Assembly: GCA_963734495.1 (NCBI GenBank)
Contig: CAVTHK010000011.1
Location: 704,001-768,000, forward strand
DNA: 64,000 nucleotides
Direction of reading: 5' to 3'
Source of the DNA: an uncultured Spirochaetota bacterium
GTDB taxonomy: Bacteria; Spirochaetota; Spirochaetia; SZUA-6; CAVTHK01
Positions 1-9,670 of this stretch are shown here, one piece after another. Position 1 is the first letter of the stretch; each line of letters starts with the position of its first letter. The translations under genes and the position numbers were made by a program. The notes beneath the pieces were generated by a model. That model saw nothing but the letters and a program-made list of their open reading frames with translations. It made no database searches and had not been told where the DNA came from.

Positions 1-685
1 CGGCCGTGGCTTTCGTCGGGTCGCCGTGGACGCCGATCTTCGTCCAGCGGCCCCAGTAGTCCGAGTGGCGCGCCGGGAACTCGGACGTGCTGTCCGAGCT
101 CACGAAGCGGCCGTCCACGTCGTTGCCCGCCACGGCCCTGTCCATGCGCACCCGCTCGGGCGCCAGGTGCAGGTAGAGCGAAGTCTCGAACTCGTCGGCG
201 TGGGCGATGGTCCTGGTTTCGCGCACCTTCTCGAACGCGTCGAGGCAGAGCGCGAAGTAGTTCAGCGACGCGCAGAGGGACTTCGTGGCCAGGACCGTCT
301 TGCGCGCGACCAGGTCGACCAGCGGCGTGTTCGATCCGTGTCCGTTGACGACGAGGATCTTCTGGAAGCCGTGGTACGCGACGCTCTTGGTGATGTTCAG
401 GCAGAAGGCGATGAAGATCTCGGGCTCGATGTGGATCGTCCCGGGAAAGTCGATGTGGTGCATGTTCAGGCCGTAGCAGATCGGCGGGAGCACGAGGGCC
501 CTGCCGGCCGCGCGGCGCGCAGCTTCGAGGCAGACCGACTCGACGAGGAACGAGTCCACGTCGAGCGGCAGATGGGGCCCGTGCTGCTCGGTCGAGCCGG
601 TCGGGAGGATCACGACCCGGTTCTCGCGGATCGCCTCGTTCATCTCCTGCCACGTGAGCCGGTTGTAGCGGTGCTCTGCATTCAT
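1..685 (-). CDS. Creatininase-family amidohydrolase (3' end runs off window)
   Basis: Manual translation of minus strand from ATG at 685: MNAEHRYNRLTWQEMNEAIRENRVVILPTGSTEQHGPHLPLDVD, later NGHGSN and HADEFETS motifs typical of creatininase family. Not in the ORF track because truncated. Confidence 0.9.
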   Translation of the reverse strand, partial: MNAEHRYNRLTWQEMNEAIRENRVVILPTGSTEQHGPHLPLDVDSFLVESVCLEAARRAAGRALVLPPICYGLNMHHIDFPGTIHIEPEIFIAFCLNITKSVAYHGFQKILVVNGHGSNTPLVDLVARKTVLATKSLCASLNYFALCLDAFEKVRETRTIAHADEFETSLYLHLAPERVRMDRAVAGNDVDGRFVSSDSTSEFPARHSDYWGRWTKIGVHGDPTKATA

Positions 686-795
686 GACAGCAGTGAATCG
701 CATCGCGGGCCAGCGGTCAACCGTGCGCGCCGCCATCAGCCGCATCCGCCGCCGTCCGCCTTGACGGCCGCGGCCGCGGGCGGCAAGCTCGCCGC

Positions 796-1227
796 ATGAC
801 CATCGACGCGCTTCGGCTCGAGGACTACGAGGACGCGTACGCGCTGTGGAAAGGCTCCCAGGGCATCGGCCTGAGCAGCGCCGACTCGCGCGAGGCGATC
901 GCGCGCTACCTGGCGCGCAACCCCGGCATGAGCTCGGCGGCCCGCGACGGCGGCCGGCTCGTGGGCGCGGTGCTCGCGGGCCACGACGGGCGGCGCGGGT
1001 TTCTGCACCACCTCGCCGTGGCCGCCGACCGGCGCGGCGCGGGCACCGGCCGCGCGCTCGTCGAGCGCTCGCTCCGGCTGCTCAAGGCCGAAGGCATAGC
1101 CAAGTGCCACATCTTCCTGATGAAGGACAACGACGACGGCCGCGGTTTCTGGCAGGCCGTCGGATGGAAGCCTCGCGCTGACATCGGGGTCTGCTCCCGC
1201 GACCTGGAAGACGCGGCCGGGGCGTGA
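796..1227 (+). CDS. GNAT family N-acetyltransferase
   Basis: GHDGRRGFLHHLAV, RGAGTGRAL acetyl-CoA motif, FWQAVGW. Confidence 0.9.
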   Translation: MTIDALRLEDYEDAYALWKGSQGIGLSSADSREAIARYLARNPGMSSAARDGGRLVGAVLAGHDGRRGFLHHLAVAADRRGAGTGRALVERSLRLLKAEGIAKCHIFLMKDNDDGRGFWQAVGWKPRADIGVCSRDLEDAAGA

Positions 1228-1246
1228 GGAGGCCGCTCGTCCGCGG

Positions 1247-1906
1247 TCAGCGCCGCCTGAGGCTGGCCGCCAGCCCGGCCGGGTGACGGAAGAGCTTTCC
1301 GGAGCCCCGCTTTGCCTTCTCATCGAGCGCGCGGTGGACGAAAGCCGCGTAGTCCTCGGTGTTCGACGAGGTGGACTCGAATCCGTTGACGCACACGTTT
1401 TCGGCCGCCGCGCCGGTCGTGCGCAGAAGCGCCTCGACGAGGCCGCGGAAGCTCGCTCTCGCGATCTCCCCCAGGACGCCTCCGCCGTGAGGACTGTTCT
1501 GGCCCACGAGCGCCGCGAGTCCGGCGCGCCGGCGGGCGAAGTAGGCGAGCAGCTCCCGGGAGAGGAACAGGCTCCCCTTGACCCACGAGTCGATCTCTTC
1601 CTCGATGTCGGCTGACTCGGCCTGCAATAGGGGGGCGCTGCCCAGGTCGGGAGGACCGAGCTGGACGAGGACGTCGATCGCGTCGAAGGCGGTGATGGCC
1701 TTGAGCACCACGTTGCGGACGCTCACGGGCGAGCGTCGGTTCCACTGGAACACTTTGAGCGAGTCGCCCGCCACCTTGTCGAAGGAGGAGAGCGCGTCCT
1801 GGTTGGTCGTCGTGGCGAACACGCGATCGCCCGACTCCAGGAACAGGCTTACGAGCTGGTTGCCGAGAGACGTATCTATATCCGTGACAAAGACGACGCG
1901 GCTCAT
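1247..1906 (-). CDS. SDR/Rossmann-fold-like protein with degenerate motifs
   Basis: C-terminal part of ORF 1247..2917 from MSRVVFVTDIDTSLG; SDR-like architecture but no GxxxGxG or YxxxK. Confidence 0.65.
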   Translation of the reverse strand: MSRVVFVTDIDTSLGNQLVSLFLESGDRVFATTTNQDALSSFDKVAGDSLKVFQWNRRSPVSVRNVVLKAITAFDAIDVLVQLGPPDLGSAPLLQAESADIEEEIDSWVKGSLFLSRELLAYFARRRAGLAALVGQNSPHGGGVLGEIARASFRGLVEALLRTTGAAAENVCVNGFESTSSNTEDYAAFVHRALDEKAKRGSGKLFRHPAGLAASLRRR

Positions 1907-2117
1907 AAGCACTTGCCCCCTGTACTCGGGGGCTCGCCCGAGTTTAGGAGAACGCGTTTGCTTGGTCAATTGCGCGAACGCGAGCGAAAGGGGCTCGAGG
2001 GCAGGCACGAAGGCCGGGGCAAGCGCGGCGAAGCAGCCGCGGGGAGCGCGCGGGCGGCGGAAACGCCCCGGGGGAACGGGTTGCCGGCAGGCCCGGCGGG
2101 CCGCCGGCCGGGGGCCT

Positions 2118-2561
2118 TCAATCCAGATCGACGATCTTGTCCGGCGAGGTCTCGTTGACGAAGATCTCGGCGTACCGGCCGGACGACTTCGCCTTCTGCT
2201 CGCCGGGGAAATAGGTCTCGACGAAGAAGAACAGCAGGTCCGACATGTCGTTGAACGACCGCACCGGCGCGAAGCGGTACCAGGTCTCGTAGTCGCCGAG
2301 CAGGGCGCGGTGCTTCCCGTTGCGCACGAGCTCCGGGTCTGTCGTCTCGCGGATCGAGTTGCGCAGCCCGCCGTACCAGGCGCGCGCCACGTTGAAGAGG
2401 CGCAGCGCCTTGCCCTCGTCGCGGTAGTAGAGCTCGTAGATGCCCGCGACCGAAGGCACCACCTTGATGATCTCGTGGCGATCGGTCTTGCGTAGCTCGG
2501 ACCAGTTGATCGTGTAGTAGGCGTTTTCGCCGTCGACCTGCTTGCTGACGCCGGGCTCCAT
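2118..2561 (-). CDS. Hypothetical protein, possible GIY-YIG-like fold
   Basis: Protein-like composition; AGIYELYY motif. Confidence 0.7.
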   Translation of the reverse strand: MEPGVSKQVDGENAYYTINWSELRKTDRHEIIKVVPSVAGIYELYYRDEGKALRLFNVARAWYGGLRNSIRETTDPELVRNGKHRALLGDYETWYRFAPVRSFNDMSDLLFFFVETYFPGEQKAKSSGRYAEIFVNETSPDKIVDLD

Positions 2562-2605
2562 TTCTCACCAAGGTAAGCCGTTTTGCGGACTGTGCCAAGG
2601 ACAGG

Positions 2606-2908
2606 ACCCCTGGTGGGGGGAGGTCTCCCCCTCGAAGACCCGGGGAGCGAAGCGAGCCGGGCTGGCCTTCGCCCCGCGCAGCCCCGGCAGAGCGCGGGGC
2701 GTGTCGTTTGAGCGAGCCTGCGCGCGGCTCCGGCCACCCCCCTCTTCGGGGGCTTTCGGCCCCGAACCCCCGCGTCCGGCTCGCGCGCTCGCGTCCGCGA
2801 AGCCGGCCGCGCAACGATCGAACCGAGCTCGCGGGCTGCGGGATCCGCTCGGCGTCCCCAAGGACCATCCCCCACAGGCAGGAACCCCGATACCCACGCA
2901 CCAGGGGT
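2606..2908. repeat. Palindrome-rich intergenic element bounded by a 10-bp inverted repeat (REP/MITE-like)
   Basis: ACCCCTGGTG at 2606-2615 and CACCAGGGGT at 2899-2908; internal GC-rich hairpins. Confidence 0.4.
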
Positions 2909-3090
2909 TTGACACAACGCAAGCGCTTGCGTATGCTTGATCCATGCGCAGGTCGATCAGCGCTTCCGCGGCGGCGCTCGGCTCGCGGGGCGGCCGGGCC
3001 GGCGTCGGCGCATCCAAGCGGAGGGGCGACTCCGAGTTCTACAGGCAGCTCGTCGCCCGTCGCGGAGACCGCAATAACAGCGGCACCGGG

Positions 3091-3318
3091 ATGCGCCACC
3101 GTCATCTCAACCACCAGGAATACACGCTCGCCGCGATCGATGACGTCATCGGCAACGGCCGGCGGGCTTCCTGGGAGCGGCTCCGCATGGCGGTCATCCG
3201 GGAGCCCGGCGTAAGGGGAAAGGTGCTGAGGGTCTGCCGGGCCCGGATGCAGGAACCTTCGGCGCAGCGACACCACTTCTGGTGGCATTATGCCCAGGCC
3301 GCCCGCGCGCGTTCCTGA
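3091..3318 (+). CDS. Small hypothetical protein, putative antitoxin partner of the downstream nucleotidyltransferase
   Basis: MRHRHLNHQEYTLAAIDDVI...HHFW; overlaps the start of the next gene. Confidence 0.6.
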   Translation: MRHRHLNHQEYTLAAIDDVIGNGRRASWERLRMAVIREPGVRGKVLRVCRARMQEPSAQRHHFWWHYAQAARARS

Positions 3319-3982
3319 CTGGGAAAAGGTCCTCTTCGCCGCTGCCTATCTGCAGCAGGTGCTGCCCGACGCTGTTCTTGTCGGCGGAACGGCATCCGCG
3401 CTGCACGCGCGACACCGCATCTCGCTGGACGCCGACCATGTGCTCACCGACCTCACCAAGCGGTTCGATGCCGTGCTGGCGCAACTGGAGTCGGTGGCCG
3501 GCTGGCAGACGGGCCGCGTCCAGCGACCTGTCCAGATCCTTGGCAAGCTCGACGGCATCATGACCGGTGTGCGTCAGCTCATCAGGAAGAAGCCGCTGGA
3601 GACTCAGACGGTTCGATGGAAGGGGCGCACCATCAAGGTGCCCACCCTGGCGGAGATGCTGCGGATCAAGGCTGTTCTGATCCTCAAGCGCAACGCGACG
3701 CGGGACTACCTCGATTTCGTCGCGATCCACGACAAGCTCGGCGAGCGGGCCGGGGCGGATGCTCTTCGGCCTCTGGACCGGCTCTACCCTCAGCCGAACG
3801 GAGAGTCGCCCGTGCAGCAACTGATCGTCCAGCTCGCGAACCCCCTGCCTTACGACCTCGAGGAGACGAGGCTCGGAGAGTACAGGCGCCTCGTCCCGCG
3901 GTGGCGCGACTGGAACGTCGTCAAGCGCGCCTGCGCGGAGCACGCCACGTCGCTTTTCGATCGTCTGTCCGAGCGGCGTTGA
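3290..3982 (+). CDS. AbiEii-like nucleotidyltransferase (putative type IV TA toxin)
   Basis: LVGGTA...HRISLDAD motif, later K...R...RDYLD motif. Confidence 0.75.
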   Translation: MPRPPARVPDWEKVLFAAAYLQQVLPDAVLVGGTASALHARHRISLDADHVLTDLTKRFDAVLAQLESVAGWQTGRVQRPVQILGKLDGIMTGVRQLIRKKPLETQTVRWKGRTIKVPTLAEMLRIKAVLILKRNATRDYLDFVAIHDKLGERAGADALRPLDRLYPQPNGESPVQQLIVQLANPLPYDLEETRLGEYRRLVPRWRDWNVVKRACAEHATSLFDRLSERR

Positions 3983-4005
3983 GCCGCCCCGAGGGTCGGC
4001 AGAGC

Positions 4006-5274
4006 TCACGCGCCGCGCGATCGCGCCTCGTGCGCCTCCATCGCCGCCACGCGCTCGGCGAGCGTCGGGTGCGAGTAGTGGTAGAAGCTGTACAGCGGGT
4101 GCGGCGTGAGGTTGCTCAGGTTGCTGCGCCCCAGGCCGATGAGGGCGGCCTTGAGCCCGGCGGCGCTCCCTGTCGCGTCCACTGCGAATCGATCCGCCTC
4201 GTACTCGTGCTTTCGGCTCCACATGGCAAAGAGCGGGGCGAGGAAAAAGGTGAAGGGCCCCGCGCAGAAGCTCATGATCACGAGCAGCGCGTACGTGCTC
4301 ATGCGGTCGAAGCCGAACGCGTGGTAGAACGGCTCGTAGCCGAGGAGCAGGCTGAGGATCCAGAACCCCGCGAGCGTCATCGCGAGCGAGAATGCGAGCC
4401 CCTTGCGGATGTGGTGCTTCTTCTCGTGCCCGATCTCGTGCGCGAGCACGGCGACGAGGCTCTCCTCGGACATGCTCGCCACCAGCGTGTCGAAGAGCAC
4501 CACGCGCTTCACCTTGCCGAGCCCCGTGAAGTAGGCGTTGCTGTGGCGCGAGCGCTTGCTGCCGTCCATGACGAAGATGCCCTTCGTGGCAAAGCCGAGC
4601 TTGTCCGCGAGGGAATGGATGGCCGTCCGGAGGCTGCCTTCTTCCAATGGGGTGAATTTGTTGAAGAGCGGAGCGATCACTGTCGGATAGATCACGGTGA
4701 CGATGAGCTGGAAGAGGCTCACGCCCGCGAAGGCGAGGAGCCACCACCACCGGCCCGCTCGATCCACGAACCAGAACAGGCCGAGCAGCACCGGCGTCAG
4801 GAGGACCGCGGAGATCGCGAGGTTCTTCGCGAGGTCGGCGAAGAACAGGCGCGGCGTCATCTTGTTGAATCCGAAGCGCTGTTCGATCACGAACTGAAGG
4901 TACAGCGAGGCGGGGAGCGACACGACGGCAGAGAGCAGAGAAATGACAAAGAAGTACGCCAGCCCCTCCGTGTAGCCGGGAAGCCGCCAGCTCACGACGA
5001 GGCGGTCGAGCGCACCGAGAGCGCCGCTCAGGACCACGGCCAGCACGATCGCCGAGGAGACGAGGCCCGACACGAGCGAGAACCGGCTGCGCGTGAGCGT
5101 GTAGTCGATGGAGCGGGCGTAGGTGTCACGGTCCATCACCTGCAGCACGAAGTCGGGAGGGGAGGCGCTCACGCGTTTGACGTGCCTCGCGTTGAGAAGC
5201 GTGAGCGAGCTCTCCCAGCCGAGGCGCACCACGAAGAGCGCGACGTACAGGGCGAGGATCGCGGCCGCGCTCAC
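4006..5274 (-). CDS. M48 family (Ste24-like) membrane zinc metalloprotease
   Basis: HEIGH, HSNAYFTG, EYEAD, SHPT motifs; several TM helices; GTG start overlaps glyA stop. Confidence 0.92.
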   Translation of the reverse strand: MSAAAILALYVALFVVRLGWESSLTLLNARHVKRVSASPPDFVLQVMDRDTYARSIDYTLTRSRFSLVSGLVSSAIVLAVVLSGALGALDRLVVSWRLPGYTEGLAYFFVISLLSAVVSLPASLYLQFVIEQRFGFNKMTPRLFFADLAKNLAISAVLLTPVLLGLFWFVDRAGRWWWLLAFAGVSLFQLIVTVIYPTVIAPLFNKFTPLEEGSLRTAIHSLADKLGFATKGIFVMDGSKRSRHSNAYFTGLGKVKRVVLFDTLVASMSEESLVAVLAHEIGHEKKHHIRKGLAFSLAMTLAGFWILSLLLGYEPFYHAFGFDRMSTYALLVIMSFCAGPFTFFLAPLFAMWSRKHEYEADRFAVDATGSAAGLKAALIGLGRSNLSNLTPHPLYSFYHYSHPTLAERVAAMEAHEARSRGA

Positions 5275-6770
5275 TTCAGGAACGCCTCGAGCAGCCCGAG
5301 GTCGAGCTGCGGGTAGACCGGGAAGCGGCCGAGCAGCCGGTGGATGCGGTCGCGCGCCTGCGTTCGCGCCGCGGCGTCGATTACGAACTTCGCCTTGCTT
5401 GGCTTGCCCTTGGAGACCTCCGCCTTCGTGCTCGCGAGCACCAGGCGCAGCACGTCGGCGATCTCGTCCATCTCCGGCTCCTTCATGCCGAGGGTGGTCG
5501 CGGCCGGCGTCCCGATGCGGAGGCCGCTGGTGTACCACGGCCCGTTCGGGTCGAAGGGCAGCGAGTTGCGGTTGAGCGTGATGGCGCAGTCCCGGACCGC
5601 GCTCTCGGCCTGGCGGCCCGTGAGCCCGAAGGGCCGCACGTCGATCAGCATCAGGTGGTTGTCGGTCCCGCCGGTGGCGAGCGTCACGCCGCGCTTGACC
5701 AGGGCGGCCGCCAGGGCGCGCGCGTTGGTCACGATCGCCTTCTGGTAGGAGCGGAACTCCGGCCTGTTCGCCTCGCGGAACGCGACTGCCTTGGCCGCCA
5801 GCACGTGGGGCAGGGGCCCGCCCATCACCATGGGGCACCCTTTGTTCACGTACTCGGCCAGCTCGCTCGTGCAGAGGATCAGCCCGCCGCGCGGACCGCG
5901 CAGCGTCTTGTGCGTCGTGCTCGTGACGATCTGCGCGTGCGCCACCGGGTTGTACGGGCCCTCGAACACGCCGCCGGCCACCAGCCCCGCGAAGTGGGCC
6001 ATGTCGACCATGAGCACGGCGCCCACGCCGTCCGCGATCCTGCGCATCCTCTGGAAGTCGATCAACCGCGGGTAGGCGCTGTAGCCCGCGAGCAGGATCA
6101 GCGGCTTGATCTCCTTTGCCTGCGCCTCGATGGCGTCGTAGTCGATCAGCCCGCTCTCGCGGTTCACGGCGTAGGTGTGCGCCTCGAAGATCTGGGCCGA
6201 GACGTTGTGGCGGTAGCCGTGGGTCAGGTGGCCGCCCGAGTAGTAGTCCATGCCGAGCAGGCGCTGGCTGCCGCAGCGGCGGCGCACTTCGCCCCACTGC
6301 TCGACCGTCATCTTCGAGGGGTCCTCGGCGCCGAGGTCCGCGAGCGCGGGCGCCTCGACCTTCGCCGAGATCACCGCCCAGAAGGCGATGAGGTTGGCGT
6401 CGGCGCCGCTGTGCGGCTGCACGTAGGCGTGCTCGGCACCGAAGAGCTTCTTCGCCTCCTCCGCCGCCAGCCCTTCGACCGCGTCGACGTTGTCGCAGCC
6501 GGCGTAGAAGCGGTGCTGGGGGTAGCCTTCGGCGTACTTGTCCGTGAGGAGGTTCCCCATGGCGAGCTGCGTCGCGAGCGATGAGTAGTTCTCGCTCGCG
6601 ATCAGCTTGAGGTTCGACCGCTGGTCGGCAAGCTCCTTGACGATCGCCGAGGCCGTCTCGGGCGATGACTTCGCGATCTCGGTCAGAGCCGCGAGGTAGG
6701 CCAGGAAGCCGGAGTCGACCTTTTCGGGGGTCGTACGCTGCAGATAAGAAACGAGAGGATTCGAGGCCAT
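5271..6770 (-). CDS. glyA: Serine hydroxymethyltransferase
   Basis: LIASEN, YAEGYP, GGHLTHG, TTHKTLRGPRGG. Confidence 0.97.
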   Translation of the reverse strand: MASNPLVSYLQRTTPEKVDSGFLAYLAALTEIAKSSPETASAIVKELADQRSNLKLIASENYSSLATQLAMGNLLTDKYAEGYPQHRFYAGCDNVDAVEGLAAEEAKKLFGAEHAYVQPHSGADANLIAFWAVISAKVEAPALADLGAEDPSKMTVEQWGEVRRRCGSQRLLGMDYYSGGHLTHGYRHNVSAQIFEAHTYAVNRESGLIDYDAIEAQAKEIKPLILLAGYSAYPRLIDFQRMRRIADGVGAVLMVDMAHFAGLVAGGVFEGPYNPVAHAQIVTSTTHKTLRGPRGGLILCTSELAEYVNKGCPMVMGGPLPHVLAAKAVAFREANRPEFRSYQKAIVTNARALAAALVKRGVTLATGGTDNHLMLIDVRPFGLTGRQAESAVRDCAITLNRNSLPFDPNGPWYTSGLRIGTPAATTLGMKEPEMDEIADVLRLVLASTKAEVSKGKPSKAKFVIDAAARTQARDRIHRLLGRFPVYPQLDLGLLEAFLK

Positions 6771-6839
6771 TATGTGCTCCGTGTCCGGAGAATGGAGGGC
6801 AGGCTCAATTTAGCCGCAGCGCCGGGGCGGGTCAACAGC

Positions 6840-6948
6840 GCACAGGTCGCCCTCCTGTGCTTCCACTGGGCGCGTCCCCGCCAAGGCTCGCTCGCTGCGG
6901 GGCGAGGACCGGGCTGCTGCGGGCTCCGCTTCGCTTCGGTCCTCGCCC
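6840..6948. repeat. Intergenic palindromic (REP-like) hairpins
   Basis: GCACAGG/CCTGTGC (6840-6860) and a perfect 12-bp stem GGGCGAGGACCG/CGGTCCTCGCCC (6900-6948). Confidence 0.45.
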
Positions 6949-7123
6949 GCCCGCGCCTGGATCAGGGCGTCCGACTGCACGCCACGGGCTCGGACCCGGG
7001 TCGGCCTGCGGCCGCCCCGGCCCTCCGCATCCCTCGCGCGAAGATCTACCGCGCCAGTCTGCGTATCTTGCCGAGCACGGAGGCCATGTTCCGCCTGCGG
7101 ACGGAGGGACGGGTGCCGTCCCT

Positions 7124-8062
7124 TTACCGCATGGGCGCGTCGGCGGCGAGGCCGATCTGCCGGAGCACCGCCTTGGCCATCTTGCAGACCACCGTGTACG
7201 CAGGGTCGAACATGTTGCCGATCTCGTACTCGACGCACTGGCCGAGCAGGAGGTGCGGCTCGTTGCCCTCCAGGCCGAGCTCGTTCAGCCAGCGGACCAT
7301 CTCCGTGGTGGCGTGCTGCGTCGCCTGGTCGAGCGGTCGCGCGTTGCCCACGGCAAAGATGTGGGTCTCGTTCTCGCCGCGCGGCCAGAGGATCTTTCTG
7401 TCCTTCACGACGCGCAGGGTGATCTCGACGTCGAACGAGGTCTCGATGCCGGTGCCCACGATCTCCCCGTCGCCCTGGACCGCGTGGCCGTCGCCGATGT
7501 GGAGCAGGGCGCCTTCGACGAAAACCGGAAAGTAGGCGGTCGCCCCCTGCCGGAAGCCGCGGTAGTCCATGTTCCCGCCGTGGGGGCCGGCGGTCGAGGT
7601 GGAGATCGCCTGGCCGTTGGCCGGCGCGACTCCGAAGCAGCCGAGCATCGGCGCGAGCGGAAGCACCAGCGACGCAAGCCTCGGCGGCGGGCTGGAAAGG
7701 CGCGCCGTGGAGTTCGCGGCGTCGATGGTCCACTCCGTGGTTTCCGAGCCCGGCCGCTCGCTCGCCACGTAGTCGGGATCGAGGATGTTCGCCGCCACGG
7801 CGCTCCCCGTCCACCCGGTTCTGCGGGTCGGCTCGAGCGTCTCGAAGCGCACCGCGAGCGCGTCCCCGGGCGTTGCCCCCTCGACGAAGAAGGGTCCCGT
7901 CTGCGGATTGCCGGGCTCGGTCACCTGCCTGCCGGCGGCGTCGTAGCCGCGCGCGTCCACGGTCGTGGTGACGATGGTGTCCCCGCTTCCCACCCGCAGC
8001 ACCGGCTCGTGAGCCCCGAGCGTGCGGTGATAGATCTTCGGATTGAAACGATGTTTGGCCAT
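7124..8062 (-). CDS. Acetamidase/formamidase family protein
   Basis: NPQTGPFFVEGA, HGGNMD, GDGHAVQGDGE. Confidence 0.92.
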   Translation of the reverse strand: MAKHRFNPKIYHRTLGAHEPVLRVGSGDTIVTTTVDARGYDAAGRQVTEPGNPQTGPFFVEGATPGDALAVRFETLEPTRRTGWTGSAVAANILDPDYVASERPGSETTEWTIDAANSTARLSSPPPRLASLVLPLAPMLGCFGVAPANGQAISTSTAGPHGGNMDYRGFRQGATAYFPVFVEGALLHIGDGHAVQGDGEIVGTGIETSFDVEITLRVVKDRKILWPRGENETHIFAVGNARPLDQATQHATTEMVRWLNELGLEGNEPHLLLGQCVEYEIGNMFDPAYTVVCKMAKAVLRQIGLAADAPMR

Positions 8063-8193
8063 GCAAGCCCCCCGCAGAATGGTAGCACGGGCGGAGCGCG
8101 CCCGCACCTCCGGGACCGCTGTGCGGTCCCGCCAGCCCATAATTTACGCGGAAGACGGGCGGGCGTCCGGCGAGGCTGCGAAGCGCCAGGAGC

Positions 8194-9504
8194 TCAATTG
8201 CTGTTGTTCCACTGGAATGCGTGCGGCCAGCTTGCCGTGGCGGTCGGGGTCGAGGTGTGGCAGGCGTTGCAGCCTGTCGTCTGGTCAGGAGACGGGCCGC
8301 CGTGCTCCCCCGCGAAATCGGCGATGGAGGGGTCGCCCCGCGAGCTCGTGTGGCAGACGCCGCAGCTGCCGATGCTCTTCACCTTTCCTGTGAAGCCCTG
8401 GTACTGCTGCGACTGGTAGGCGTCGGAGTTGGGGTAGCCGGCGACCTGGTTGGTCGGGATCATCGCGTGCGGGCTTCCGTGGCAGGCGGCGCACGCGAGG
8501 CCGCCGTGACCCAACGCGTTGCGGTACAGGATGGCTCCGGTGTCGACGTCCGCGACCCCGGGATGGCACGTCACGCACTTCGGCTCCTCGGCCCAGGGCG
8601 CGCGGCCGCCCGCCAGCCCGGCGGCCATCGCGGCCAGGTCGCCGTGGCAGCTCGCGCAGTTGCCGCCGCTCGCGGTGTGGCGCGTGCTGCGGCTGCACTG
8701 CGTGAGGGGGCCCGGGTGGCACTGGTAGCAGGTGGGGCTGGCCTTGCTGCTGTGCCAGCCGTGCATCGCGCGGGACAGGTTGTGCCGGACTCCGTCGCCG
8801 GGAGCCCCCAGCGCGGGGTCGGCGTGGCACTCGGCGCAGATCACCGGTGCCGCGAGCGTCGTGCCGTGGTTGGTGTTGTGCTTCGCGATCATGTCTCCGT
8901 ACGGGTCTGTCGTACCGTGGCAGTCGGCGCAGCTCATCTCGTCCGAGACGGGGACCGTCGCGCGGGTCTGCGCGATCGTCGCGCCGCCGGAGTCCTTCAC
9001 CGTGATGACCGCCACCTGGTAGGGATTCCACACGCCGGAATCCAGGACGGGAGTCACAGGGATCCCCACGGCGACGAAGTGACCGCCAGCCGCGGTCATC
9101 GCCCCCGAAAGGTCGTTGCCCGTGAGGCCGACGTCCGTCGCCGGGACGGGCGTGATCCCGAGGAGCCCGGCCAGGGGCGTCATGATGGTGGTCCAGAACC
9201 CGCCGTAAGCGCGCTTGCCGCTCGAGTAGGTGTTGACGGCGATGCTGTACTCCACCGTGATACCCGAAGTGACGAGGGCGGGGGGATCGCCGCGCTTCAC
9301 GACCTGGGCCCAGACGGTGTTGAACGGCGGAAGCACGAGCATCTTGTCGAACGTCGGGTTGATGCAGTGCATGCCGAGGTCGTTCCAGGCGAGCACGGCG
9401 TACGCGCCCGACGGCGTCGCGCCGTCGGATGAGGAGCCGCCGCCCGCGCACCCGGCGAGCACGAGCAGCGCGATGCCGATCGCTGGAGCCAAGGAGCGTC
9501 CCAT
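8194..9504 (-). CDS. Octaheme c-type cytochrome lipoprotein
   Basis: Lipobox LAGC; WNDLGMHC motif; eight CxxCH motifs (CADCH, CAECH, CYQCH, CASCH, CVTCH, CAACH, CGVCH, CNACH). Confidence 0.9.
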   Translation of the reverse strand: MGRSLAPAIGIALLVLAGCAGGGSSSDGATPSGAYAVLAWNDLGMHCINPTFDKMLVLPPFNTVWAQVVKRGDPPALVTSGITVEYSIAVNTYSSGKRAYGGFWTTIMTPLAGLLGITPVPATDVGLTGNDLSGAMTAAGGHFVAVGIPVTPVLDSGVWNPYQVAVITVKDSGGATIAQTRATVPVSDEMSCADCHGTTDPYGDMIAKHNTNHGTTLAAPVICAECHADPALGAPGDGVRHNLSRAMHGWHSSKASPTCYQCHPGPLTQCSRSTRHTASGGNCASCHGDLAAMAAGLAGGRAPWAEEPKCVTCHPGVADVDTGAILYRNALGHGGLACAACHGSPHAMIPTNQVAGYPNSDAYQSQQYQGFTGKVKSIGSCGVCHTSSRGDPSIADFAGEHGGPSPDQTTGCNACHTSTPTATASWPHAFQWNNSN

Positions 9505-9670
9505 GCGCGGCCTCCCTGAAGCTTGCGCGAATCGATCTCCCGAAGCATCGTCCGGACCGGACGCGCCGTCAAGAGCGCGGCGCGGCCGTTGCGCGATCGG
9601 GTCCCGCGGACTATAACTCGCATCATCGGCCGCGCCGCCCGCCGGGTGTCAGGCCGGCACGGAGGTGACG

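Noticed and set aside
26-799. 257-aa plus-strand ORF
   Set aside because: Antisense shadow of the creatininase gene on the minus strand.
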